DNA from: Eledone cirrhosa
Lineage: Eukaryota
Length of the DNA: 64,000 nucleotides
Assembly (NCBI GenBank): GCA_964016885.1
Contig: OZ024745.1
Location: 82,522,001 to 82,586,000 of the forward strand
Direction: 5' to 3'
The first letter of the stretch is position 1. Each line of letters begins with the position of its first letter. The notes beneath the pieces are model-generated. The model saw nothing but the letters and a program-made list of their open reading frames with translations, had not been told where the DNA came from and did not search any database. Shown piece after piece: positions 22,361 through 37,500 of this stretch. The position numbers were made by a program, and so were the translations under genes.

Positions 22361-22432
<72 letters not shown>
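22361..22432. repeat. (TA)n(TG)n compound microsatellite
   Basis: Directly visible. Confidence 0.9.
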
Positions 22433-22436
<4 letters not shown>

Positions 22437-22958
22437 CATACAAATACATATAGATGCACACACACATATATATAATTTTGGGAATACCAACAAAAAGGTG
22501 GAGCAAAATATACAGCACACATTTTTTAATCGACTGAAAAATTGATCTTAGCCTGACAGCTGAGAGAAATCGACCAGATATTCTTGTCACGAATCACCAG
22601 AAAAGCAAATGTCTCAGGATCTTTCTGTTCATAAACAACAGATAATTCATAGCGACGCTGCTTATCTCAGGAACATTGAGGCCGCATATAGCACAAGTGA
22701 ACTAAGATTATTGGTTTGGGAGTCTAAGCTGTAATCTTCTCAGCGTAAAATACCTGGTTGACGCCAGTATTAGACAAAGAAGTTAATCTCGCTACTCCGC
22801 TGGTATCTTTCATCAACAAATGGAATAATGACAAGTAAAATTAAACACAGAATGTAAAGGGTGAAACAAATAGTTTCAGGAATATTGTCTGATACTTTGG
22901 CGATTCTACATCACCACCGCGAAGTGGCTGTATCAATATACGACAATACGCACGCGCG

Positions 22959-23039
22959 CATACACGCACACACACACACAGATACAGAGAGGCACACACA
23001 GACACAGACACACTGACACACACAAACACACACACACAC
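22959..23039. repeat. Imperfect (CA)n microsatellite
   Basis: Directly visible. Confidence 0.85.
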
Positions 23040-23668
23040 CGGTGACAAGCGAACCTTCGAAGCGACTATCAAATATTTACTTGTTATCGATAAGATAACA
23101 ATATATTCCCTAATCATATTGAAAAGCTATCCAAATATATATGTCGGGAAATAAAGATATATTCCTTTAAATCAAGTGTTATAAATGTAAGAACGCATTT
23201 AACTTCGTAATTTCAGATATAGAAAATAACGATATAACCATAAATTTGATCAACGTATAGTTGTGGTTAAACAGCGCTCGCCCGAAGCACACAGAGCTGT
23301 GCGATGAAAATGATGATTGTTTTACTAGAGAAACAAAAAAATAAAGGGGAGAAGATAACGAAAATATAGACTGTTCTAACTGATGATTACAAGGATGAAA
23401 AAAGGAACAATTGCATGTAGGGACTATAAACAATGCTGAATGGAATCCCACATTATTAGTTAAAAAAATAGGAATATATATTTATCTCTATTTTATTTGG
23501 AGGACAGTAGCGTCGCTGGATATAATGTTTTAGTAAATTTCTCCCCATTGTTTATATCTTTTGGTCATATCAGTCAAACACACACACACACAAACACACA
23601 TACACACGCACTTTCCCTCTCACTGTCTCTCTTTCTGTATATATGTATTGTACAATAAATATTATATA

Positions 23669-23701
<33 letters not shown>

Positions 23702-23702
<1 letters not shown>

Positions 23703-24627
23703 TAGTTTAGCGATGTTTTTTATATGAAATCGTGTGTCGAAACAAATATTGTTATACTTGGGGAGGGTCATATTTGTGTAATATTGCCAGAATTAATAAC
23801 AGAACACACTCACTGTTTGGTTGGTTTTCGCTTCTCGCTGTCTTTTATATCTGCGATCTAACTTAATCGGTCCTAAATGTTGCCATTGACTGACCGACGG
23901 TCAAAAATAATACAGATACAATATAGACACAAACACATATATATAGTTTACATAATTTACATAAATCTTTCGTTGCACATCTGCAACATCGTCAGTGGTG
24001 TTATATTTTTTCCTCCTGTTGTGTTGTATGTCTACGCCATTTTTTATTCAGTCTGTCTATATATTTATTTATTTATTTGCTTGTTTGTTTATTTTATTTT
24101 GTCTTCTTTGCGCATGCGTTTGCGTGTGTGTATAGTGTTACGTTTGCTGTGTGACTAGTGTGTATAGTGTTGTGTCTGCTGGGTGACTAGTGTGTGTTTA
24201 TGTGCTTGTTGTTATTGTGCTTGTGTATGTATTTATTTATCTTATTTTATTTTATTTTATTTACTTATTTATACTTCTCTTAGGTCAGTGTTGTTTGTTT
24301 GGGTGTTGTTGTTGTTCCACTCATTCTTTCTGTTTAGCTTTGGTCTTCTAATTTCTATTTCACTGGCCTCTCTGATTTGCCTATCTGCTGGGTCATTCCT
24401 ATGTTTAGAAAGATTTATGTAAATTATGTAAACTATATATATGTGTTTGTGTCTATATTGTATCTGTATTATTTTTGACCGTCGGTCAGTCAATGGCAAC
24501 ATTGAGGACCGATTAAGTTAGATCGCAGATATAAAAGACAGCGAGAAGCGAAAACCAACCAAACAGTGAGTGTGTTCTGTTATTAATTCTGGCAATATTA
24601 CACAAATATGACCCTCCCCAAGTATAA
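23702..24627 (-). mobile_element. Non-coding insert with 220-bp inverted arms and a hammerhead-like core, inside (TA)n
   Basis: 23752-23971 is the reverse complement of 24408-24627 with one mismatch seen. (TA)n at ~23660-23701 and 24634-24685. Confidence 0.65.
23932..24002 (-). ncRNA. Hammerhead-like motif with degenerate stem I
   Basis: Minus strand: aacacca-CTGACGA-t-GTTGCA gatg TGCAAC-GAAA-gatttatgtaaattatgtaaac-TA-tatatatgtgtt. Stems II and III pair. Stem I (aacac/gtgtt) is interrupted by a TA run. Confidence 0.5.
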
Positions 24628-24632
24628 AAAAA

Positions 24633-24633
<1 letters not shown>

Positions 24634-24688
<55 letters not shown>

Positions 24689-24768
24689 TATATATGTGTG
24701 TGTGTGTGTGCGTATGTGTGTGTGTATGTATGTATGTATACCATGTATGTATGTATACCATGTATACA
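24634..24768. repeat. (TA)n/(TG)n/(TATG)n compound microsatellite
   Basis: Directly visible. Confidence 0.85.
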
Positions 24769-25573
24769 CTGCTTCAGTCTATCAAAAGATACTGTTAAAC
24801 TCGAGGTTCTGGTAAAAGACATTTTCACAATGTGGAACTCGGTGGCATCGAATTGGGAACCATGCGTTTGTAAAACCAATTGCTTTCCGGCCCTCACATA
24901 ACTATGGCTCATGGTGTCGACAGTGATTAGCAGTATTAATAGCACTGGCATATATTGAAGACCACCCTTAGTACTGAAATATGGATGATCATAAAATATC
25001 AAATACAAACCTAAGAATTCTTTTTTCATATTGGAGAATATTTTAAAGAGATTTCCTTTCATTGTTGTTTTTTTTGTTTGAAACAAAAATCTTAAGTGAC
25101 TAAGCTAAATTACATGGCTCTATATGAGTTAAAATATTTCACTAAAGTTGAACACATTTAATCGCCTTATCGACATTGCAAAAGTCTCCTAGCTATTTGA
25201 AAAAGAAAACTTATAAAAACATAATAATGTACGGTTAGATAAAGGTCTCGAAATTAAGGTAGAAGTATATGGGGACCTACTAATATATAAACAGATGAGA
25301 AACTCATAGAAAATGTTAGAGATAGAGCAGAATTGTAAGAATGAGGAAGATGACAAATGAAATAGCTGTCGCTGTTATTAGTTATGAGCTTAATAGAAAC
25401 TGAATGAATTCAAGAATCAAGAGAGAAATCAAAGGATTTGATTTGTGTAGAATAGAACTACTGAAAGAACACCAGTTAAGAGGATTGTCTTGTATAACCT
25501 GATAGAAATAGCGGACTAATTTCCTACATATCTTGTTAAACATTCTCAAAGAAAGAAAGGACACAGTGACAGC

Positions 25574-28500
25574 TACCATGACAGCGAAAAATGTAGTCTT
25601 ACATAACCCTTTTACCACCATTACAGTGGGTAATGTAGTCTTACATAACCCTTTTACCACCATTACAGTGGGTAATGTAGTCTTACATAACCCCTTTACC
25701 AACATTACAGTGGACAATGTAGTCTTACATAACCCCTTTATCAGCATTACAGTGGACAACGTAGTCTTACATAACCCCTTTACCACCATTACAGTGGGTA
25801 TTGTAGCCTTACATAACCCCTTTACCACCATTACAGTGGACAATGTAGCCTTAAATAACCCATTTATCACCATTACAGTGGACAATGTTGTCTTACATAA
25901 CCCCTTTATCACCATTAAAGTGGACAATGTAGCCTTACATAACCCCTTTACAACAATTACAGTGGACAACGTAGTCTTACATAACCCCTTTACCACCATT
26001 ACAGTGGACAATGTGGTCTTACATAACCTCTTAAACCACCATTACAGTGGACAATGTAGTCTTACATACCCCCTTTATCACCATTACAGTGGGTAATGTA
26101 GTCTTACATACTCACTGTACCACCATTACAGTGGGTAATGTAGTCTTACATAACCCCTTTACAACCATTACAGTGGATAATGTAGTCTTACATAACCCCT
26201 TTACCGCCATTACAGTGTGTAATGTAGTCTTACATAACCCCTTTACCACCATTACAGTAGGTAATGTAGCCTTACATAACCCCTTTACCACCATTACAGT
26301 GGGCAATGTAGTCTTACATAACCCCTTTACCACCATTACAGTGGACAATGTAGTCTTACATAGCCCCTTTACCACCATTAGAGTGGGTAATGTAGCATTA
26401 CATAACCCATTTACTACCATTACAGTGGGTAATGTAGTCTTACATAACCCCTTTACCACCATTACAGTAGACAATGTAGTCTTACATAACCCCTTTACCA
26501 CTATTACAGTGGGTAATGTAGTCTTACATAACCCCTTTACCACCATTACAGTGGACAATGTAGTCTTATATAACCCCTTTACCACTATTACAGTGGGTAA
26601 TGTAGTCTTATATAACCCCTTTACCACCATTACAGTGGGCAATGTAGTCTTACATAACCCCTTTACCACCATTACAGTGGATAATGTAGTCTTACATAGC
26701 CCCTTTACCATCATTAGAGTGGGTAATGTAGCATTACATAACCCATTTACCACCATTACAGTGGGTAATGTAGTCTTACATAACCCCTTTACCACCGTTA
26801 CAGTGGACAATGTAGTCTTACATAACCCCTTTACCACCATTAGAGTGGACAATGTAGTCTTACATAACCCCTTTACCACCATTACAGTGGACAATGTAGT
26901 CTTACATAACCTCTTTACCAGCGTTACAGTGGACAATGTAGTCTTACATAACCTCTTTACCACCATTACAGTGGACAATGTAGTCTTACATAACCCCTTT
27001 ACCTCCATTACAGTGGACAATGTTGTCTTACATAACCCCTTTACCACCATTACAGTGGACAATGTTGTCTTACATAACCCCTTTACCACCATTACAGTGG
27101 ACAATGTAGTCTTACATAACCCAATTTACCACCATTAGAGTGGACAATGTAGTCTTACATAAACCCTTTACCACCATTACAGTGGACAATGTAGTCTTAC
27201 ATAACCTCTTTACCAGCATTACAGTTGACAATGTAGTCTTACATAATCCCTTTACCACCATTAAAGTGGACAATGTAGTCTTACATAACCCCTTTACCTC
27301 CATTACAGTGGACAATGTTGTCTTACATAACCCCTTTACCACCATTACAGTGGACAATGCAGTCTTACATAACCCCTTTACGACCATTACAGTGGACAAT
27401 GTAGTCTTACATAACCCATTTACCACCATTACAGTGGACAATGTAGTCTTACATAACCCCTTTACCTCCATTACAGTGGACAATGTAGTCTTACATAACC
27501 CCTTTACCACCATTACAGTGGACAATGCAGTCTTACATAACCCCTTTACCACCATTACAGTGGACAATGTAGTCTTACATAACCCCTTTACCACCATTAC
27601 AATAGACAGTGTAGCCTTACATAACCCCTTTATCACGATTACAGTGGACAATGTAGTCTTACATACCCCTTTACCACCATTACAGTGGACAATGTTGTCT
27701 TACATAACCCCTTTACCACCATTACCGTGGACAATGCAGTCTTACATAACCCCTTTACGACCATTACAGTGGACAATGTAGTCTTACATAACCCCTTTAC
27801 CACCATTACAGTAGACATTGTAGCCTTACATAACCCCTTTACCACCATTACAGTGGACAATCTGGTCTTATGTAACCCCTTTACCGCCATTACAGTGGAC
27901 AATGTAGTCTTACATAACCCCTTTACCACCATTACAGTGGACAATGTAGTCTTACATAACCCCTTTACCACCATTACAGTAGACAATGTAGTCTTACATA
28001 ACCTCTTTACCACCATTACAGTGGACAGTGGTGTCTGACATAAACCCCTTTACCACCATTACAGTGGACAATGTAGTCTTACATAACCCCTTTACCACCA
28101 TTACAGTGGACAATGTAGTCTTACATAACCCCTTTACAACCATTACAGTGGACAGTGTTGTCTTACATAACCCCTTTACCACCATTACAGTGGACAATGT
28201 AGTCTTACATAACCCCTTTATCACCATTACAGTCGACAATGTAGCCTTACATAACCCCTTTACCACAAATACAGTGGGTAATGTAGTCTTACATAACCCC
28301 TTTACCACCATTGCAGTGGACAATGTAGCCTTACATAACCCCTTTACCATCATTACAGTGGACAATGTAGTCTTACATAACCCCTTTACCACCATTACAG
28401 TGGACAATGTAGTCTTACATAACCTCTTTACCACCATTACAGTAGACAATGTAGTCTTACATAACCCCTTTACCACCATTACAGTGGAAAATGTAGTCTT

Positions 28501-31500
28501 ACATAACCCCTTTATCACCATTACAGTGGACAATGTAGCCTTACATAACCCCTTTAACACCAGTACAGTGGACAACGTAGTCTTACATAACCCTTTTACC
28601 ATCATTACAGTGGACAATATAATCTTACATAACCCCTTTACCAACATTACAGTGGGTAATGTAGTCTTACATAACCCCTTTACCACCATTACAGTGGACA
28701 GTGTAGCCTTACATAACCCCTTTGCCACCATTACAGTGGACAATGTAGTCTTACATAACCCCTTTACCACCATTACAGTGGACAATGTAGTCTTACATAA
28801 CCTCTTTACCACCATTACAGTAGACAATGTAGTCTTACATAACCCCTTTATCACCATTACAGTGGGTTATGTAGTCTTACATAAACCCTTTACCACCATT
28901 ACAGTGGACAATGTAGCCTTACATAACCCCTTTACCATCATTACAGTGGACAATGTAGTCTTACATAACCCCTTTACCATCATTACAGTGGACAGTGTAG
29001 CCTTACATAACCCCTTTACCACCATTACAGTGGACAATGTAGTCTTACATAACCCCTTTACCAACATTACAGTGGACAATGTAGACTTACATAACCCCTT
29101 TATCGCCATTACAGTGGACAATGTAGTCTTACATAACCCCTTTACCACCATTAAAGTGGACAATGTAGTCTTACATAACCCATTTACCACCATTTCAGTG
29201 GACAATGTAGTATTACATAACCACTTTACCACCATTACAGTGGAGAGTGTAGCCTTACATAACCCCTTTACCACCATTACAATAGACAATGTAGCCTTAC
29301 ATAACCCCTTTACCACCATTACAGTGGACAGTGGTGTCTGGCATAACACCTTTACCACCATTACAGTGGACAGTGGTGTCTGACATAACCCCTTTACCAC
29401 CATTACAGTGGACAATGTAGTCTTACATAACCCCTTTACCACCATTACAGTGGACAATGTAGTCTTACATAATCCCTTTACAACCATTACAGTGGATAGT
29501 GTTGTCTTACATAACCCCTTTACCACCATTACAGTGGACAATGTAGTCTTACATAACCCCTTTACCACCATTACGGTGGACAATGTAGCCTTACATAACC
29601 CCTTTACCACCATTTCAGTGGGTAATGTAGCCTAACATAACCCCTGTACCACCATTACAGTGGGTTATGTAGCCTTACATAACCGCTTTACCACCATTAC
29701 AGTGGGTTATGTAGTCTTACATAACCCCTTTACCACCATTACAGTGGGCAATGTAGCCTTACATAACCCCATTGCCACCATTACAGTGGACAATGTAGTC
29801 TTACATAAACTGTTTACCACCATTATAGTAGACAATGTAGTCTTACATAACCCCTTTACCACCATTACAGTGGACAATGTAGTCTTACATAACCCCTTTT
29901 ACCACCACTACAGTGGACAATGTAGTCTTACATAACCCCTTTACCACCATTACAGTGGACAATGTAGTCTTACATAACCCCTTTATCACCATTACAGTCG
30001 ACAATGTAGCCTTACATAACCCCTTTACCACAAATACAGTGGGTAATGTAGTCTTACATAACCCCTTTACCACCATTACAGTGGACAATGTAGCCTTACA
30101 TAACCCCTTTACCATCATTACAGTGGACAATGTAGTCTTACATAACCCCTTTACCACCATTACAGTGGACAATGTAGTCTTACATAACCTCTTTACCACC
30201 ATTACAGTAGACAATGTAGTCTTACATAACCCCTTTACCACCATTACAGTGGAAAATGTAGTCTTACATAACCCCTTTATCACCATTACAGTGGACAATG
30301 TAGCCTTACATAACCCCTTTAACACCAGTACAGTGGACAACGTAGTCTTACATAACCCTTTTACCATCATTACAGTGGACAATATAATCTTACATAACCC
30401 CTTTACCAACATTACAGTGGGTAATGTAGTCTTACATAACCCCTTTACCACCATTACAGTGGACAGTGTAGCCTTACATAACCCCTTTGCCACCATTACA
30501 GTGGACAATGTAGTCTTACATAACCCCTTTACCACCATTACAGTGGACAATGTAGTCTTACATAACCTCTTTACCACCATTACAGTAGACAATGTAGTCT
30601 TACATAACCCCTTTATCACCATTACAGTGGGTTATGTAGTCTTACATAAACCCTTTACCACCATTACAGTGGACAATGTAGCCTTACATAACCCCTTTAC
30701 CATCATTACAGTGGACAATGTAGTCTTACATAACCCCTTTACCTCCATTACAGTGGACAATGTAGTCTTACATAACCCCTTTACCACCATTACAGTGGAC
30801 AATGCAGTCTTACATAACCCCTTTACCACCATTACAGTGGACAATGTAGTCTTACATAATCCCTTTACCACCATTAAAGTGGACAATGTAGTCTTACATA
30901 ACCCCTTTACCTCCATTACAGTGGACAATGTTGTCTTACATAACCCCTTTACCACCATTACAGTGGACAATGCAGTCTTACATAACCCCTTTACGACCAT
31001 TACAGTGGACAATGTAGTCTTACATAACCCATTTACCACCATTACAGTGGACAATGTAGTCTTACATAACCCCTTTACCTCCATTACAGTGGACAATGTA
31101 GTCTTACATAACCCCTTTATCACCATTACAGTGGACAATGCAGTCTTACATAACCCCTTTACCACCATTACAGTGGACAATGTAGTCTTACATAACCCCT
31201 TTACCACCATTACAGTAGACAGTGTAGCCTTACATAACCCCTTTATCACGATTACAGTGGACAATGTAGTCTTACATACCCCTTTACCACCATTACAGTG
31301 GACAATGTTGTCTTACATAACCCCTTTACCACCATTACCGTGGACAATGCAGTCTTACATAACCCCTTTACGACCATTACAGTGGACAATGTAGTCTTAC
31401 ATAACCCCTTTACCACCATTACAGTAGACATTGTAGCCTTACATAACCCCTTTACCACCATTACAGTGGACAATCTGGTCTTATGTAACCCCTTTACCGC

Positions 31501-34500
31501 CATTACAGTGGACAATGTAGTCTTACATAACCCCTTTACCACCATTACAGTGGACAATGTAGTCTTACATAACACCTTTACCACCATTACAGTAGACAAT
31601 GTAGTCTTACATAACCTCTTTACCACCATTACAGTGGACAGTGGTGTCTGACATAAACCCCTTTACCACCATTACAGTGGACAATGTAGTCTTACATAAC
31701 CCCTTTACCACCATTACAGTGGACAATGTAGTCTTACATAACCCCTTTACAACCATTACAGTGGACAGTGTTGTCTTACATAACCCCTTTACCACCATTA
31801 CAGTGGACAATGTAGTCTTACATAACCCCTTTACCACCATTACAGTGGACAATGTAGCCTTACATAACCCCTTTACCACCATTACAGTGGGTTATGTAGT
31901 CTTACATAACCCCTTTACCGCTATTACAGTGGACAACATTGTCTTACGTAACCCCTTTACCACCATTACAGTGGACATTGTAGTCTTACATAACCCATTT
32001 ACCACCATTACGGTGGACAATGTAGTCTTACATAACCTCTTTACCACCATTACAGTAGGTAATGTAGTCTTACATAACCCCTTTACAACCATTACAGTTG
32101 ACAATGTCGTCTTACATAACCCCTTTACCACCATTACAGTGGACAATGTAGCCTGACATAACCTCTTTACCACCATTACAGTGGGTAATGTAGTCTTACA
32201 TAACCCCTTTACCACCATTACAGTGGACAATGTAGTCTTACATAACCCTTTTATCACCATTACAGTAGACAATGTAGCCTTACATAACCCCTTTACCACC
32301 ATTTCAGTGGGTAATGTAGCCTAACATAACCCCTGTACCACCATTACAGTGGGTTATGTAGCCTTACATAACCGCTTTACCACCATTACAGTGGGTTATG
32401 TAGTCTTACATAACCCCTTTACCACCATTACAGTGGGCAATGTAGCCTTACATAACCCCATTGCCACCATTACATTGGACAATGTAGTCTTACATAAACT
32501 GTTTACCACCATTATAGTAGACAATGTAGTCTTACATAACCCCTTTACCACCATTACAGTGGACAATGTAGTCTTACATAACCCCTTTTACCACCACTAC
32601 AGTGGACAATGTAGTCTTATATAACCCCTTTACCACCATTACAGTGGACAATGTAGTCTTATATAACCCCTTTACCACCATTACAGTGGACAATGTAGTC
32701 TTACATAACCTCTTTACCACCATTACAGTAGACAATGTAGTCTTACATAACCCCTTTACCACCATTACAGTGGAAAATGTAGTCTTACATAACCCCTTTA
32801 TCACCATTACAGTGGACAATGTAGCCTTACATAACCCCTTTAACACCAGTACAGTGGACAACGTAGTCTTACATAACCCTTTTACCATCATTACAGTGGA
32901 CAATATAATCTTACATAACCCCTTTACCAACATTACAGTGGGTAATGTAGTCTTACATAACCCCTTTACCACCATTACAGTGGACAGTGTAGCCTTACAT
33001 AACCCCTTTGCCACCATTACAGTGGACAATGTAGTCTTACATAACCCCTTTACCACCATTACAGTGGACAATGTAGTCTTACATAACCTCTTTACCACCA
33101 TTACAGTAGACAATGTAGTCTTACATAACCCCTTTATCACCATTACAGTGGGTTATGTAGTCTTACATAAACCCTTTACCACCATTACAGTGGACAATGT
33201 AGCCTTACATAACCCCTTTACCATCATTACAGTGGACAATGTAGTCTTACATAACCCCTTTACCATCATTACAGTGGACAGTGTAGCCTTACATAACCCC
33301 TTTACCACCATTACAGTGGACAATGTAGTCTTACATAACCCCTTTACCACCATTACAGTGGACAATGTAGTCTTACATAACCCCTTTGCCACCATTACAG
33401 TGGACAATGTAGCCTTACATAACCCCTTTACCACCGTTACAGTGGACAATGTAGTCTTACATAACCCCTTTACCTCCCTTACAGTGGACAATTTTGTCTT
33501 ACCTAACCCCTTTACCACCATTACAGTGGACAGTGTAGCCTTACATAACCCCTTTACCACCATTACAGTGGACAGTGTAGCCTTACATAACCCCTTTACC
33601 ACCATTACAGTGGACAATGTAGTCTTACATAACCCCTTTACCACCATTACAGTGGACAATGTAGCCTTACATAACCCCTTTACCACCATTACAGTGGACA
33701 GTGTAGCCTTACATAACCCCTTTACCACCATTACAATGGACAATGTAGTCTTACATAACCCCTTTACCTCCATTACAGTTGACAATGTAGTCTTACATAA
33801 CCCCTTTACCACCATTACAGTTGACAATGTAATCTTACATAACCCCTTTACCACCATTACAGTGGACAGTGTAGACTTACATAACCCCTTTACCACCATT
33901 ACAGTGGACAGTGTAGCCTTACATAACCCCTCTATCACCATTACAGTGGGTAATGTAGTCTTACATAACCTCTTTACCACCATTACAGTGGACAATGTAG
34001 TCTTACATAACCCCTCTACCACCATTACAGAGGACAATGTAGTGTTACATAACCCCTTTTCCACCATTACAGTGGACAATGTAGTCTTACATAACCCCTT
34101 TACCACCATTACAGTGGACAATGTAGCCTTACATAACCCCTTTACAACCATTACAGTGGACAGTGTAGCCTTACATAACCCCTTTACCACCATTACAGTG
34201 GACAATGTAGTCTTACATAGCACCTTTACCACCATTACAGTAGACAATGTAGTCTTACATAACCCCTTTTACCACCATTACAGTGGACAATGTAGTCTTA
34301 CATAACCCCTTCATCACGATTACAGTGGACAATGTAGCCTTACATAACCCCTTTACCTCTATTACAGTGGACAATGTAGTCTTACATAACCCCTTTACCA
34401 CCATTACAGTGGACAGTGTAGTCTTACATAACCCCTTTACCACCATTACAGTGGACAATGTAGTCTTACATATCCTCTTTACCACCATTACAGTTGACAA

Positions 34501-37500
34501 TGTAGTCTTACATAACCCCTTTATCACCATTACAGTGGACAGTGTAGTCTTACATAACCCCTTTTACCACCATTACAGTGGACAATGTAGTCTTATATAA
34601 CCCCTTTACCACCATTACAGTGGACAATGTAGTCTTACATAACCCCTTTATCACCATTACAGTGGACAACGTAGCCTTACATAACCCATTTACCACCATT
34701 ACAGTTGACAATGTAGTCTTACATAACCCCTTTACCACCATTACAGTGGACAATGTAGTCTTACATAACCCCTTTACCACCATTACAGTGGACAATGTAG
34801 TCTTACATAACCCCTTTACCACCATTACAGTGGACAATTTTGTCTTACATAACCCCTTTACCACCATTACAGTGGACAGTGTAGCCTTACATAACCCCTT
34901 TTCCACCATTACAGTGGACAATGTAGTCTTACATAACCACTTTATCACCATTACAGTGGACAATGTAGTCTTACATAACCCCTTTACCACCATTACAGTG
35001 GACAATGTAGTCTTACATAACCCCTTTATCACCATTACGGTGGACAATGTAGCCTTACATAACCCCTTTACCAACATTACAGTGGACAATGTAGTCTTAC
35101 ATAACCACTTTACCACCATTACAGTGGACAATTTTGTCTTACATAACCCCTTTACAACCATTACAGTAGACAATGTAGCCTTACATAACCCCTTTACAAC
35201 CATTACAGTGGACAGTGTAGCCTTACATAACCCCTTTACCACTATTACAGTGGACAATGTAGTCTTACATAACCCCTTTACCACCATTAGAGTTTACAAT
35301 GTAGTCTTACATAACCCCTTTACCACCATTACAGTTGACAATGTAATCTTACATAACCCCTTTACCACCATTACAGTGGACAGTGTAGCCTTACATAACC
35401 CCTTTACCACCATTACAGTGGACAATGTAATCTTACATAACCCCTTTACCACCATTACAGTGGACAGTGTAGCCTTACATAATCCCTTTACCACCATTAA
35501 AGTTGACAATGTAGTCTTACATAACCCCTCTACCACCATTACAGTGGGTAACGTAGTCTTACATAACCCCTTTACCACCATTAAAGTGGACAATGTAGTC
35601 TTACATAACCCCTTAACCACCATTACAGTGGATAATTTTGTCTTACATAACCCCTTTACCACCATTACAGTGGACAGTGTAGCCTTACATAACCCCTTTA
35701 CCACCATTACAGTGGACAATGTAGTCTTACATAACCCCTTTACCACCATTACAGTGGAGAATGTAGCCTTACATAACCCCATTACAACCATTACGGTGGA
35801 CAATGTAGTCTTACATAACCCCTTTACAACCATTACAGTTGACAATGTGGTCTTACATAACCCCTTTACCACCATTACAGTGGACAATGTAGTCTTACAT
35901 AACCCCTTTATCACCATTACAGTGGACAATGTAGTCTTACATAACCCCTTTACCACCATTACAGTTGACAATGTAGTCTTACATAACCCCTTTACCACCA
36001 TTACAGTGGACAGTGTAGCCTTACATAACCCCTTTACTACCATTACAGTGGACAGTGTAGCCTTACATAACCCCTCTACCACCATTACAGTGGGTAATGT
36101 AGTCTTACATAACCCCTTTACCACCATTACAGTGGACAATGTAGTCTTACATAACCCCTTTACCACCATTACAGTGGACAATGTAGTCTTACATAACCCC
36201 TTTACCACCATTACAGTTGACAATGTAGTCTTACATAACCCCTTTACCACCATTACAGTGGACAATGTAGTCTTACATAACCCCTTTACCACCATTACAC
36301 TTGACAATGTAGTCTTACGTAACCCCTTTACCACCATTACAGTTGTCAATGTAATCTTACATAACCCCTTTACCACCATTACAGTGGACAGTGTAGCCTT
36401 ACATAATCCCTTTACCACCATTAAAGTGGACAATGTAGTCTTACATAACCCCTCTACCACCATTACAGTGGGTAATGTAGTCTTACATAACCCCTTTACC
36501 ACCATTAAAGTGGACAATGTAGTCTTACATAACCACTTAACCACAATTACAGTGGACAATGTTGTCTTACATAACCCCTTTACCACCATTACAGTGGACA
36601 GTGTAGCCTTACATAACCCCTTTACCACCATTACAGTGGACAATGTAGCCTTACATAACCCCTTTACCACCATTACAGTTGACAATGTAGTCTTACATAA
36701 CCCCTTAACCGCCATTACAGTGGACAATGTAACCTTACATAACCCCTTTACCACCATTACAGTAGACAATGTAGTCTTGCATAACCCCATTACCACCATT
36801 ACAGTGGACAATGTAGTCTTACATAACCCCTTTACAACCATTACAGTTGACAATGTGGTCTTACATAACCCCTTTACCACCATTACAATGGACAATGTAG
36901 TCTAAAATAACCCCTTTATCACCATTACAGTGGACAATGTAGCCTTACATAACCCCTTTACCACAATTACAGTGGGTAATGTAGTCTTACATAACCCCTT
37001 TACCAGCATTACAGAGGAAAATGTAATCTTACATAACCCCTTTATAACGATTACAGTGGACAATGTAGCCTTACATAACCCCTTTACCACTATTACAGTG
37101 GACAATGTAGTCTTACATAACTCATTTACCACCATTACAGTGGACAATGTAGTCTTACATAACCTGTTTACCACCATTACAGTAGACAATGTAGTCTTAC
37201 ATAACCCCTTTAGCACCATTACAGTGGACAATGTAGTCTTACATAACCCTTTTTACCACCATTACAGTGGACAATGTAGTCTTACATAACCCCTTTACCA
37301 CCATTACACTGGACAATGTAGTCTTACATAACCCCTTTATCACCATTACAGTGGATAATGTAGCCTTACATAACCCCTTTATCATAATTACAGTGAGTAA
37401 TGTAGTCTTACATAACCCCTTTACTACCATTACAGTGGAAAATGTAATCTTACATAACCCCTTCATCACGATTATAGTGGACAACGTAGCCTTACATAAC

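Noticed and set aside
23378-23420. CTGATGA...GAAA hammerhead-like string (also CTGAAGA at ~18644)
   Set aside because: No stem I, II or III pairing, and no GAAA at 18644. Chance matches.
23752-24627. MITE / DNA transposon interpretation of the inverted repeats
   Set aside because: The arms are not symmetric at the element ends (one side extends beyond the arm) and hammerhead cores are present, which fits 5'-inverted retro-insertions better. It is not fully excluded.
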